In this document: positions 42,196 to 51,740 of the stretch, in pieces
Position numbering within the stretch: position 1 is the stretch's first letter
How the letters are laid out: every line of letters starts with the position of its first letter
Assembly (NCBI GenBank): GCA_028690055.1
Contig: JAQVBZ010000002.1
Span: forward strand, 29,978-93,977
DNA from: Minisyncoccota bacterium
Lineage (GTDB): Bacteria > Patescibacteriota > Minisyncoccia > JAHIHE01 > JAGLIN01
Direction of reading: 5' to 3'
DNA: 64,000 nt
The notes under the pieces: model-generated
Databases searched by the model: none
The model's input: the letters and a program-made list of their open reading frames with translations, nothing else
Told to the model about the DNA's origin: nothing
Program-made: the position numbers and the translations under genes

Positions 42196-44134
42196 TCCAG
42201 TCTTTTTTTATAGAGCCAAGCAGCGTATCGCGGACTTGTCTATCAAGCCCGTTTTTATATTTGATGATGATGTGGTAGCGATATTTGCCGTATTCGCGGA
42301 AGCTTTGGGCGGGGAAGGGCGGCATAATTTCGAAATGGTCGCGCCAATTGCGGGTGAAAAGTTCTTTTTGCAATATTTCGTATTGCCACTTAGCTTCTTT
42401 CTGGCAGGCGTAGCGGTCGGTGTTTTTATAAATGAGCTTGATGAGTTTTCCTGCCGGAGGATAAGGAAAAGGCGACAGGCTCACACTCCGGTTTTTTAAT
42501 TCTTTTTTGTAGAAATCCGCGGCGGTTTGGTGTCTGATTTCATCGAAATATTTGTGCTCGGGTTTGCGGCTTTGGATGATGACGGTTTTGTTCTCGGCGA
42601 GCTGATAGATTTTACTCAGGAATTGGCGCGATTTCTCGTGCGAGCGGAAGCCGGGTGAGCTGAAAATTATTTCCGGGAAGATGACGGCTATTACGGACAG
42701 GTTGTTCATAGTAAAATTTTTCCAGACCATTTGTGTCCCTATGAGTATGTCGATTTTGCCTTTCTGGAAATCCGCGAAAACTTTCTGGTTCTGCTTGGCG
42801 TCTTTGGAAGTGCCGCTGTCCAGCTGGACGATGCGGATATTTTTGCCCTCGAAAAGCGTCGCGACTTCTTCGAAGATGCGTTCCGAGCCGCCGCCTCCGG
42901 ATCTGATGTTTTGCCCGTGGCACTCCGGGCATTCGTGCAGAGGCTCGTGGAGCTCCTTGCAGCGTGAGCAGTATAGTTTGCTCTTGAAGCCGATGAGCGG
43001 GCCTTGGCAGGTCTCACACTCTGCAATGTAGCCACAATCCTTACATTGATAGACAGTCTTTTCTCCGAGGCGGGGGATGAAGATCAGTACTTGTTTCTTA
43101 GCGTAGATATTTGTGAAGAGTGCCTCTTGCAATTTTTCGGAGATAAAAGTGTAATTGCCCAGCTTCCTCTCGGTGTCCATATCGATGAGCTGTGGTCGGG
43201 CCTGCGGTTTTGTGGAAATGTTGATGAGATGGAAGTCGTTTTGCGCGCGGTAATAGCTTTCCAAGGAAGGCGTGGGGGAGGAGAGGATGATGTTTGCTTT
43301 GTGGAGGGATGCGAGACGAATAGCGGCGTCTATGCCGTGATAGCGAGGGTTCTGGTCCCATTGTTTGTAGCTGGAATTGTGCTCTTCATCCGCTATGATG
43401 AGTTTTAATTTCGCGAAAGGGGCGAAGACCGCTTGACGGGACCCGATAATTATTTTTGCCTGTCCGCTTTTCACTTTTTGCCATTCGCTGAAATATTGGT
43501 TCTGGGTGATATCGCCCGAGAGGATGGCTACACGGTCCTCGCCGAAGCGGTCGATATAGAATTGCGCGATGCCGTAGATATCGAAAGACTCCGGCATCAT
43601 CAGCAGGGTTTGAGATTTCTCGCTTTGCTTTTCGATGAGGCGTCGATATAGGTCGTGCCTTTCCGAGCCGAGGCTGTGCAGGAGCAGGCAGTGGTCCGAA
43701 GTCTTGATTTCTCGGCGGACAGTTGTTTCTGTTTCTTTTGCAATAGCTTCCACTTTCGGCGCGGGGTTAAGTTTGATTTTCGTGCGCGCGGCGCGTTTGG
43801 TGACGGGAGGGAAGATTATTTTTATCACGAGCGACAGCGATACGAAATAATAATCGCTGACGAAGCGGGCGATTGCCAGTTGAGACTCCGACAAACTGAA
43901 GTCCGGCAGTAGCTCTTTGATATTCTTGAGCTTGAACTTGGTTTCGCTTTCTTTTCCGAAGGAAGCGACCACCCCCATAAGCTCTTTTCGGCCGAAAGGG
44001 ATTTTCACCGCGTCGCCGACCCGTATACTTTTTTGCATCTCAGGCGGAATCCGATAACTCCAAAATTGCGCCAAGTCTCGAGGGAGATTGGCGGCAGGAA
44101 TGACTTCGGCGATTTTGATTTCTTTTTGCAACAT
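42164..44134 (-). CDS. priA: primosomal protein N' (PriA) with degenerate Walker A
   Basis: VKIPFG 3'BD motif, IIADEEH.SSYKQ..PRYH, SPTPSLES, four CxxC pairs, GTQM, PYPP, DVDP; start set at ATG 44134. Confidence 0.93.
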   Translation of the reverse strand: MLQKEIKIAEVIPAANLPRDLAQFWSYRIPPEMQKSIRVGDAVKIPFGRKELMGVVASFGKESETKFKLKNIKELLPDFSLSESQLAIARFVSDYYFVSLSLVIKIIFPPVTKRAARTKIKLNPAPKVEAIAKETETTVRREIKTSDHCLLLHSLGSERHDLYRRLIEKQSEKSQTLLMMPESFDIYGIAQFYIDRFGEDRVAILSGDITQNQYFSEWQKVKSGQAKIIIGSRQAVFAPFAKLKLIIADEEHNSSYKQWDQNPRYHGIDAAIRLASLHKANIILSSPTPSLESYYRAQNDFHLINISTKPQARPQLIDMDTERKLGNYTFISEKLQEALFTNIYAKKQVLIFIPRLGEKTVYQCKDCGYIAECETCQGPLIGFKSKLYCSRCKELHEPLHECPECHGQNIRSGGGGSERIFEEVATLFEGKNIRIVQLDSGTSKDAKQNQKVFADFQKGKIDILIGTQMVWKNFTMNNLSVIAVIFPEIIFSSPGFRSHEKSRQFLSKIYQLAENKTVIIQSRKPEHKYFDEIRHQTAADFYKKELKNRSVSLSPFPYPPAGKLIKLIYKNTDRYACQKEAKWQYEILQKELFTRNWRDHFEIMPPFPAQSFREYGKYRYHIIIKYKNGLDRQVRDTLLGSIKKDWIIDVDPDEIL

Positions 44135-44149
44135 AGTTTGTTTATAAAT

Positions 44150-44256
44150 GGAGTAGCGGGATTCATCCCGCGCGGTTGTCCGATGCAAAAAAGAACATTT
44201 GAAACGGCTCATTCTGTCTGGCTTGGGATAGCAGCGCAGACTAAAGTCTGCTACTT
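44150..44256. repeat. GTAG-type REP doublet, variants A+C; supplies the stop codon of the AMMECR1 gene
   Basis: GGAGTAGCGGGATTCATCCCGCGCGG ... GCGCAGACTAAAGTCTGCTACTT. Confidence 0.8.
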
Positions 44257-44793
44257 ACTCTGTGTTTCTTTGTATTTTGTAACGCTAAAGCGGAACAGTG
44301 AATGTTCTTCTCTCTCGATATCTATTCCACCTTTGCGCGCCGCAATCTCGATCTGATAGAGCGGAGAATCCACACCCTCGATATCGGGGAGGAGCAGTCC
44401 GCAGCGACCGTCGGTGGTTTTGACGATAACGCCATATCTTTTGGTATCCAAGTCAGCGTGCGAATAAATCTGTTCCGGTGGCTCAAGTTGGCTCACTTCA
44501 TAACTCAGGTCGCCCAATTCGTCGGCAGTGATGGGGCTGAAGCGATTATCTTCTTGCGAGGCAAAGATGGCGTTTTGGATTATCTCTTGTGCGATATCGT
44601 CTTTGGTCGGCGCGAATGTTCCGACACATCCGCGCAGATTTTTCTCGCCGCCTTCATTTTTGTATATCGTCACAAAGACGCCTTTACGCGCACGATAAAA
44701 ATCCTTCGGCAGATTCTGCGGTGCAGGGATTGCTTTGCCGGTTTTGGCATAAGTTTCCACAGTTTGTCGCGCAAGCGCGGTATATTCGTCCAT
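44251..44793 (-). CDS. AMMECR1 domain protein
   Basis: GVFVTI, LRGCVGT, EDNRFSP, GLLLPD. Confidence 0.92.
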   Translation of the reverse strand: MDEYTALARQTVETYAKTGKAIPAPQNLPKDFYRARKGVFVTIYKNEGGEKNLRGCVGTFAPTKDDIAQEIIQNAIFASQEDNRFSPITADELGDLSYEVSQLEPPEQIYSHADLDTKRYGVIVKTTDGRCGLLLPDIEGVDSPLYQIEIAARKGGIDIEREEHSLFRFSVTKYKETQSK

Positions 44794-45098
44794 ATCTTCA
44801 TTCTATATGATTGCGCGGGGATAGTAAAATGGGGTCATACGCAATATATGTTTCTAATTGATGTCTTTAATTGAAGTTTTATATGATTTTAATAAACGGT
44901 TTAAACATAAAAAAACTTTTTTCTTGCAACATAACCCATCTTTTGTCATTCCGCAGGAATCCCTTAAACTATCTATTTCTAAAAATATAAATATTATGCT
45001 ACTGATAAGGGCATAAGGGGCTCTTACCGGAATTATACAAATTAAACAATTCGCTGACAAAACACCACATAAATTTCATCTATATGATATCTTTCGTG

Positions 45099-45217
45099 TG
45101 TCATGCCGGGCTTGACCCGGTATCTTTGTTATATTCCGCTTTTACTCTGCTACAAAGCTTAATCGTTATACTTCGTAGATTCCGGATATTTCGCAGTAAC
45201 GAAATTCCGGAATGACA
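45099..45217. repeat. TGTCAT-family doublet
   Basis: TGTCATGCCGGGCTTGACCCGGTATCT ... AGATTCCGGATATTTCGCAGTAACGAAATTCCGGAATGACA (right half also at 7292 and 33361). Confidence 0.75.
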
Positions 45218-45650
45218 AATATCGTGGATTTAGTGTTTAAGAAGAATTCTTCGAAATATTTTATACAAAAGCTGTCAGCGGATTAAGTAACTCATACAAG
45301 AATGACAAAAATGATGGTTTTATAGCGAGAAATACTATTCGGCAGGTTTGATAGAGCAGCTCCGATGTCGCGTATGACTCGAAAAAAGATTTAGAAAGCC
45401 GCTATGGCTTGACATAGTCCTATTTTGGAGTTATCTTGACTTTACAATCTTTTCGGTCATCTCTGTCACCTCTTTATATGCCAATAGAGGTGATGACGAG
45501 CGTGAAAAAAATGGAGAGGCGAAAAGATTGCAAAAATAAGCTGGATCAAAAAACGTCGAGCGGCTCGTTTGATAATGTTATCTGACAGCCGCTCTTATTC
45601 TTTATTGTTGACTAATTGTTCTTTTTCTTATAACATACAAAAGTAGCTCA

Positions 45651-45723
45651 CGGGGCGTAGCGTAACGGCTATCGCGCTTGGTTTGGGACCAAGAGACTCC
45701 GAGTTCGAATCTCGGCGCCCCGA
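45651..45723 (+). tRNA. tRNA-Pro(UGG)
   Basis: CGGGGCG/CGCCCCG acceptor stem, anticodon arm CTTGG-TTTGGGA-CCAAG, GTTCGAATC T-loop; CCA not encoded. Confidence 0.95.
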
Positions 45724-45790
45724 CAGATGAAGACGGCCTTTAACGGGCTGTTTTATTGACATAAATATGAGGTAATGATAAAGACCATTT

Positions 45791-46267
45791 ATGAAGACGA
45801 TCAGATGTCAAAACAATTACGGGGAAATAGTGGAACTGCCGCTTACGAAATTTAAGCCACGTCTTTCGGCCTATGCTATTTTTAAAAAAGATGGCCGTGT
45901 TTTGGTTTGCGCGACCAAAAGCACGGGAAAATTGTGGCTGCCCGGCGGAGGAGTAAATCCGGAGGAAACACACGAGGAAGCTTTGCGCAGGGAAGTAAAA
46001 GAAGAAGCGGGCATAGAGAATTTTGTAATCAAAAGATTTATCACTGATTTCAGGCATTACGGCTATTACGCGCCGGAGGATGATGCTTTCGATGGGCATC
46101 TCTATTTTTATGAGTGCGAAACGGAGCAGGAGACCGTCAAATCAAATGACGAGATCGAAGACGGCGAGGCGATAGACTTCGAGTGGATGACTATGGTGCG
46201 GATCGAGGAAATAGGCTTTTGCGACGTGGACGGGGAAATACGGGATATTCTGGATTCTTTGGATTAA
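45791..46267 (+). CDS. NUDIX hydrolase
   Basis: Nudix box PGGGVNPEETHEEALRREVKEEAGI. Confidence 0.93.
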   Translation: MKTIRCQNNYGEIVELPLTKFKPRLSAYAIFKKDGRVLVCATKSTGKLWLPGGGVNPEETHEEALRREVKEEAGIENFVIKRFITDFRHYGYYAPEDDAFDGHLYFYECETEQETVKSNDEIEDGEAIDFEWMTMVRIEEIGFCDVDGEIRDILDSLD

Positions 46268-46346
46268 AAATAATGGAAGCAAAGCAGTCAAATAGGCTTT
46301 TCTTATTTACTAATTTAGAAATCGTAGTATAATACTTATGTTCGTT

Positions 46347-46419
46347 CGGGGCGTAGCGTAACGGCTATCGCGCTTGGTTCGGGATCAAGAGATTCCGGGT
46401 TCGAATCCCGGCGTCCCGA
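46347..46419 (+). tRNA. tRNA-Pro(CGG)
   Basis: Anticodon arm CTTGG-TTCGGGA-TCAAG; near copy of tRNA at 45651. Confidence 0.95.
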
Positions 46420-46521
46420 CAGGGGAATTGATGGCGGCTGATGTGGCCGCCTTTTGCAGATATATGAAATCGGCGGTTTTGTTATCGTTAAGTTTATGTG
46501 TGAATCATAAAAGCAAAAAAT

Positions 46522-47523
46522 ATGAAGTACGAAGATAGAGTTTATGGAGAATGCGAAATCACAGAAGCAGTGGTCTTGGACCTTATCGGGTCATCTTCTT
46601 TGCAAAGATTGAAGGGGATAGACCAGTCGGGCTATCGGGCACTGTGGGTTCAGCCGGAAACGGAATTGGGGGAATATGATAATAGCCGTTTTGCGCATTC
46701 GGTGGGGGTATATCTTTTGCTCAAAAAATACGGCGCGCCGCTGGAAGAACAGCTTGCCGGTCTTATCCATGATGTTTCGCATACGGCATTTTCACACTGC
46801 ATCGACTACGTTTTGAATGTGGGTAGTGAAGCAAAGCAGGATCATCAGGACAATGTATTCGAAGCTTTTGTCAGGAAATCGGAGATACCGAATATATTGG
46901 AAAAGCATGGTCAAAATGTCGATCGTTTGCTTGACGATGGCAATTTTCCTCTGAAGGAAAATATTCTGCCCGATTTGTGCGCGGATCGTATAGATTATTC
47001 TATGAGAACGGCAGTACTTTTCGGTGAAATCGATTTTAAACAGGCGCAAGAAATCCTGGACGGACTTGCCGTGAAAGATAACATTTGGTTCTTCAGGGAT
47101 TTCGAGAGTGCAAAAAGATACGCGGAACTGTTTAGTCGTGTCAATGATATTCATTATGCCGGATTGGATTCGGCGCGGATGTACGAAGCGGTGCGAGGTT
47201 TCGTCGTGTATGCCATGGCAAAGGATTATATTTACGAGGAATATCTGTATCGGGGCGATGAAGCGGTTATCGCGAAGATTAATGAGCATCTGGAGGAGGA
47301 TGTCGAGCTTCAGAAGCTTTTTGACCGAATGAATGACAAGTCGAAGATTTCAGAGAGCGTCGTCGGTTATGACGCTGAGGTGGTTTGTAAATCCAGAATA
47401 GTCGATCCATGGTTTTCTGATAGTGGGATATTACGAAGGGTCTCCGATGCCGATTCGTCTTGGGGAAAAGTCGTGAGGGAAAAGTTGAAGCCCAAAAGAT
47501 ATTTTTTGAAATATAAGAATTGA
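46522..47523 (+). CDS. HD-domain phosphohydrolase (dNTPase/SAMHD1-like subfamily)
   Basis: LQRLKGIDQ, SRFAHSVGV, LIHDVSHTAFSH, ADRIDY. Confidence 0.9.
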   Translation: MKYEDRVYGECEITEAVVLDLIGSSSLQRLKGIDQSGYRALWVQPETELGEYDNSRFAHSVGVYLLLKKYGAPLEEQLAGLIHDVSHTAFSHCIDYVLNVGSEAKQDHQDNVFEAFVRKSEIPNILEKHGQNVDRLLDDGNFPLKENILPDLCADRIDYSMRTAVLFGEIDFKQAQEILDGLAVKDNIWFFRDFESAKRYAELFSRVNDIHYAGLDSARMYEAVRGFVVYAMAKDYIYEEYLYRGDEAVIAKINEHLEEDVELQKLFDRMNDKSKISESVVGYDAEVVCKSRIVDPWFSDSGILRRVSDADSSWGKVVREKLKPKRYFLKYKN

Positions 47524-47569
47524 TGCAATTTACTTTTCTTTGAAGAGTAGTATAATACTAATGTTCTTT

Positions 47570-47642
47570 CGGGGCGTAGCGCAGCTGGTAGCGCGCAGGG
47601 CTGGGGGTCCTGAGGTCGCAGGTTCGAATCCTGTCGCCCCGA
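47570..47642 (+). tRNA. tRNA-Pro(GGG)
   Basis: Anticodon arm CAGGG-CTGGGGG-TCCTG, GTTCGAATC T-loop, CGGGGCG/CGCCCCG stem. Confidence 0.95.
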
Positions 47643-47964
47643 CATATAGTCAACTTTTTTAGAGAAGGTTGTTTTTTGTTGTAATAAGGACAGTCCTTAC
47701 AGAATCAAAAGGACTGTCCTTCCTGATTGGAATCTTTCATATCTGTTATGTGCTATCCCTGTACGTAGCGGAGTGAAGTGTCTTATTTTATTACGCGGGA
47801 TATAACGGGACCCTTCGGGGTACCTCAGGATGACAGATAATCGAGGGGGTCCAGAAGGCTTTGATGGAAGAACCTTTTTGCCTAAAACTCTCAAAAAGAG
47901 TAAACTGAAATTAAGAAATCCCTGTTTTTGGTTTTAATTTTTATTAAAAAGCTAAAACAAAAAA

Positions 47965-50277
47965 ATGAACAAACAAAAGGACTCTTCGCAGTCTAATGTG
48001 CCGCTTGCTTCCGAGGTCAGTTCGAGTTCGCCAAGCAAGCAAAAAAAAGTTTACATTGCTTTGTCGGCGACAGCTAGTCTAGTACTCGTCATATTGTTGG
48101 TGAGCTATTTTAATTTCACTTGGAAACAGATGGAATCACAACAGCAGCAGGAGGAACAAGTCTCAAGCGAGGAAGTGGCGGAGGAGACGGAAGAGGTCCC
48201 GACTTACGTGCTCTCGTCGCAGTTTGCCAACTGGGAGGATACGCCGGTCGATATTACGCCACAGGTCGCGGCCTATACGGTTGATGCGGATCTGGGTAAC
48301 GTGACCAATGCGGGCGATTTTACTTTGAGCGATGATGCCAAGGCGCTGCTTGTTAAGAACGCTTTTGCGGTTATATCTTCGAACAAGGAGGAGTTCTATC
48401 CGCTCTATGAATCTAATCGCTACGGACAGATTCCCAATTTTATCACTACGGATTCGACACTGCACAGCTATCATCTGATGTTTGATGATTTGCTCAAGAA
48501 ATTGGAGGAGGGCAAGCTCTCTCCCGAGCTCAAGAACCTCAACGCGGCGATGCTTGCCGACTCGCTCGCGCAGTACCAGTCTCTCAAAGGAACGGAGTGG
48601 GAAAATGCGGCTAAGCGGAATGTGGGGTTCTTTGCGGTGGGAAGCAAGCTGCTTGATCCGAACGTGAATATTCCTGACATCGTGAAGAGCGAGGTGGAGC
48701 AGGAGATGGTCTTTATCGATGCACACGAGGCGATTGATATTTCGCCGGTGATGAATATCGGTCTGTCACAGGAGGATTTGGCGAAATACGAGCTGGATTC
48801 CATAAAAGAAGATTATACACAATATATTCCAAGAGGACATTATACTAAAACCGAAGAGCTCAAGAGATATTTCAAATCGATGATGTGGTACGGCAGGCTC
48901 ACTTTCCGTTTGAAGAGTCCGGATGAGGTCAAATCGGCGCTCTTGATCAGCGAGGCCCTGGGAAGCAAAGGTAGCAGCCAAGAGAGTTGGGATAAAATTT
49001 ATGAGCCGATAAATTTCTTCGTGGGCAAGAGCGACGATATCACTTATTACCAGTTCCGCGATACGATGCAAAAAGTTTATGGCGATGAAATTACTTTGGG
49101 CAGTGTAAAGAGCGATGATACCAAGCTGGAGAGTTTCATCGCCGAGGCGGATAAATTGGACGCGCCGCAAATCAATTCAATGCCTATTTTCGATGCGAGT
49201 ATCCAGCCGGATCGGGAAAAAGAGATCAAAGGTTTTCGTTTTATGGGACAGAGGTTTACGGTTGATGCTTCTATTTTCCAAAGATTGATTGTCAGGGAAG
49301 TAGGGCAAAAGACGGATAAATGTTCTGACGCGCCGTTTGCCAAAGGCAGGGGCCTTCCGAACGGTTTGGATATTCCGGCGGCGATGGGGTCAAGCGAAGC
49401 TTACAGTATCTTGCAGTCGGAAGGCGAAACCGATTACGCCTGCTACAAGGAGAATTTGGGCAAGATGAAGACATATGTTGCCGGTTTGGATAAGAATATG
49501 TGGACGCAGAATTTGTATTGGGGCTGGCTTTATTCTCTGAAACCTCTTGCTGAAGAAAAGGTCGCCGGTTATCCCAGCTTTATGACCAATACCGCCTGGC
49601 AGAGGAAGGACCTTAATACCTATCTCGGCAGCTGGACGGAGCTCAAGCGTGATACGATTCTCTATGCCAAGCAGGCTTATGCGGAGATGGGCGGAGGAGG
49701 AGACGAAGAACCCAAAGATTACCGCGGATATGTGGAACCGGAGCCTTACGTCTATGCGCGTTTGGTGTCGCTCATCAAGATGACCAAGGCGGGGCTGGAG
49801 GGCAGAGGACTTCTGGACGAAGGCAATACGGAAAGTCTCGATAAGCTGGAGGAGATTGCGCTTGCGCTGAAGACCATTTCAGAAAAAGAACTGAATGGCA
49901 CGGCGCTTACCGATGAGGAAAATGATTTCATCAAGGCTTACGGCGGAAACTTGGAACATATCTGGGCTGATATCTTCTACCCGGATGGTGGACCGCGGGT
50001 ATTGGATGATAAGACCAATGCGCCAGTGATTGCGGATGTCGCGACCGATCCCGGGACGATGACGGCGTTGGAAGAGGGGACCGGCTATGTTTCGGAAATT
50101 TATGCCGTGGTGCCGATTGATGGCAAATTGCGCATCGCCAAAGGTGCGGTCTATTCACATTACGAATTTGCCCAGCCGATTGCTGATCGTTTGACAGATG
50201 AGAAATGGAAAGAAATGCTCAAATCCGGCACAGCTCCGGCGATGCCGACCTGGACACAGGCGTTTATGACAAAATAA
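47965..50277 (+). CDS. DUF3160-family membrane-anchored protein
   Basis: FITTDS.LH.YH, EDYTQYIPRGHYT, FMGQRF, SWTELKRDTILYAKQ, GYVEPEP, RLTDEKW as recalled for DUF3160. Confidence 0.85.
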   Translation: MNKQKDSSQSNVPLASEVSSSSPSKQKKVYIALSATASLVLVILLVSYFNFTWKQMESQQQQEEQVSSEEVAEETEEVPTYVLSSQFANWEDTPVDITPQVAAYTVDADLGNVTNAGDFTLSDDAKALLVKNAFAVISSNKEEFYPLYESNRYGQIPNFITTDSTLHSYHLMFDDLLKKLEEGKLSPELKNLNAAMLADSLAQYQSLKGTEWENAAKRNVGFFAVGSKLLDPNVNIPDIVKSEVEQEMVFIDAHEAIDISPVMNIGLSQEDLAKYELDSIKEDYTQYIPRGHYTKTEELKRYFKSMMWYGRLTFRLKSPDEVKSALLISEALGSKGSSQESWDKIYEPINFFVGKSDDITYYQFRDTMQKVYGDEITLGSVKSDDTKLESFIAEADKLDAPQINSMPIFDASIQPDREKEIKGFRFMGQRFTVDASIFQRLIVREVGQKTDKCSDAPFAKGRGLPNGLDIPAAMGSSEAYSILQSEGETDYACYKENLGKMKTYVAGLDKNMWTQNLYWGWLYSLKPLAEEKVAGYPSFMTNTAWQRKDLNTYLGSWTELKRDTILYAKQAYAEMGGGGDEEPKDYRGYVEPEPYVYARLVSLIKMTKAGLEGRGLLDEGNTESLDKLEEIALALKTISEKELNGTALTDEENDFIKAYGGNLEHIWADIFYPDGGPRVLDDKTNAPVIADVATDPGTMTALEEGTGYVSEIYAVVPIDGKLRIAKGAVYSHYEFAQPIADRLTDEKWKEMLKSGTAPAMPTWTQAFMTK

Positions 50278-50401
50278 TCAGTCCATACTCGCATATCTTA
50301 CTCACATATCTTTGATTTTGTTTTCTCCCTCTCCCGTCGGGAGAGGGTCGGGGTGAGGGGGAATAACAATTAATTCCTTTGGTGTTTAATAATAAAGTGC
50401 G

Positions 50402-51289
50402 ATGACGAAGCAGAACCGATCAGTTGTAATCTTGGCTATGGTAATTATTTTTGCCTTGATTGCGGCAATCGGTTTTTTGCTTGTCAGAGGCAGTTTGCAA
50501 GACAGCTCTAATCCTCAAAGCAGTTTCAATAATGAAAAAGTCGAAGATGCTGTCGCTTTATTTTCGGATTTTAAAGCGTGTAAAGAAAAAGTTCTATCGC
50601 AGTACGTTAATAATTCTCATAACCCCGTGTCATTGCCGGAAGAGAGTCAGTTTTTCTGTTGGAATAAGGAAAAAGAAACTTTTGAAAAAACAGATTTCGG
50701 TCTAACAAATGAAAACCCCGATCTTTCTCGCGACAGGCTTTCCAAAACACAAAGCGCTGATCTCGATAGCGACGGCATCAATGAAGAATATATATTGCAA
50801 GGCGGTAAATTGACCATTCGAGGAAACGCAGAGACAATCTGGCAATCCGCCGACGATTGGTGGGTAGAAGATTTCGCTATCGCCGATTCGACCAATGATG
50901 GCGTGGCGGACATAAATCTCTCAGTCTGGAAATCAGGCAGTTTCGGAAAATTCAAACCTATCTGGGTCAAGAATAATGATCCCAGTGTCAAAAATCATTT
51001 TTTTATTTTCAACTGGGAAGACGGAAAAATAAAACCGGTCTGGCAATCTTCGAATCTGGACGCTCCGAATTGCCAAATCTTGATTGATGATATTAACGAC
51101 GATGGAGAAAATGAGATTATTGTCCTTGAGGGCGACTACGCCGACGTTCCGGATTGCAGTGGCAAATATATCGCGGTGTGGAAGTGGGGAGAGTGGGGTT
51201 TTTTGAATGAGTGGAGGAGCGAGGAAGGGGAGTTTGAGGGGATGGGGGTTGAGGAGGTTGGAGAAAATAAGTGCTTTATAGGATTTTGA
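50402..51289 (+). CDS. membrane-anchored protein with FG-GAP/VCBS-like DxDxDG repeats
   Basis: ADLDSDGINE, ADSTNDGVAD, DDINDDGENE; PVWQSS; WKWGEWGF. Confidence 0.75.
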   Translation: MTKQNRSVVILAMVIIFALIAAIGFLLVRGSLQDSSNPQSSFNNEKVEDAVALFSDFKACKEKVLSQYVNNSHNPVSLPEESQFFCWNKEKETFEKTDFGLTNENPDLSRDRLSKTQSADLDSDGINEEYILQGGKLTIRGNAETIWQSADDWWVEDFAIADSTNDGVADINLSVWKSGSFGKFKPIWVKNNDPSVKNHFFIFNWEDGKIKPVWQSSNLDAPNCQILIDDINDDGENEIIVLEGDYADVPDCSGKYIAVWKWGEWGFLNEWRSEEGEFEGMGVEEVGENKCFIGF

Positions 51290-51429
51290 TATTTTATTTT
51301 CTGCGAAACGACATCTTTCGTGTGTCATCCTTGTTTCAGGATCCTCGTTATAAAAAATAATAACTAGTAATGCGGGCTAGACTTTCTATTTAGTCTTTCT
51401 CGTATGTTTATTTGTTTAAATCATATAAT

Positions 51430-51714
51430 ATGGAAAAGACCTATTATATCTATATTATGACTAACGTTACCAACAATGCCCTGTATATCGGTGTCACTAA
51501 TAATCTACGAAGACGAGTCTACGAACACAAAAATAAACTAGTGGATGGTTTTTCTGCGCAATACAATCTTTGTAAGCTGGTTTATTATGAATCAACAAAC
51601 GATGTCCGTGCCGCCATTGAGAGAGAGAAACAACTGAAAAGATGGCATAGGGAGTGGAAGATGAACCTGATAAAGGAAAATAACCCTGAGTTTGATGATT
51701 TAAATATTAATTAG
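51430..51714 (+). CDS. small GIY-YIG nuclease (UPF0213/YhbQ-like)
   Basis: YYIYIM...LYIGVTNNLRRRVYEH, LVYYE, AIEREKQLKRW, NPEF.DL. Confidence 0.93.
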   Translation: MEKTYYIYIMTNVTNNALYIGVTNNLRRRVYEHKNKLVDGFSAQYNLCKLVYYESTNDVRAAIEREKQLKRWHREWKMNLIKENNPEFDDLNIN

Positions 51715-51740
51715 TATCGTATCGTTTTGACCTTATTGAG

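Noticed and set aside
44135-44212. N-terminal extension of priA in the ORF track (likewise 35265-35432)
   Set aside because: The extensions start in or cross REP sequence; downstream ATGs fit better
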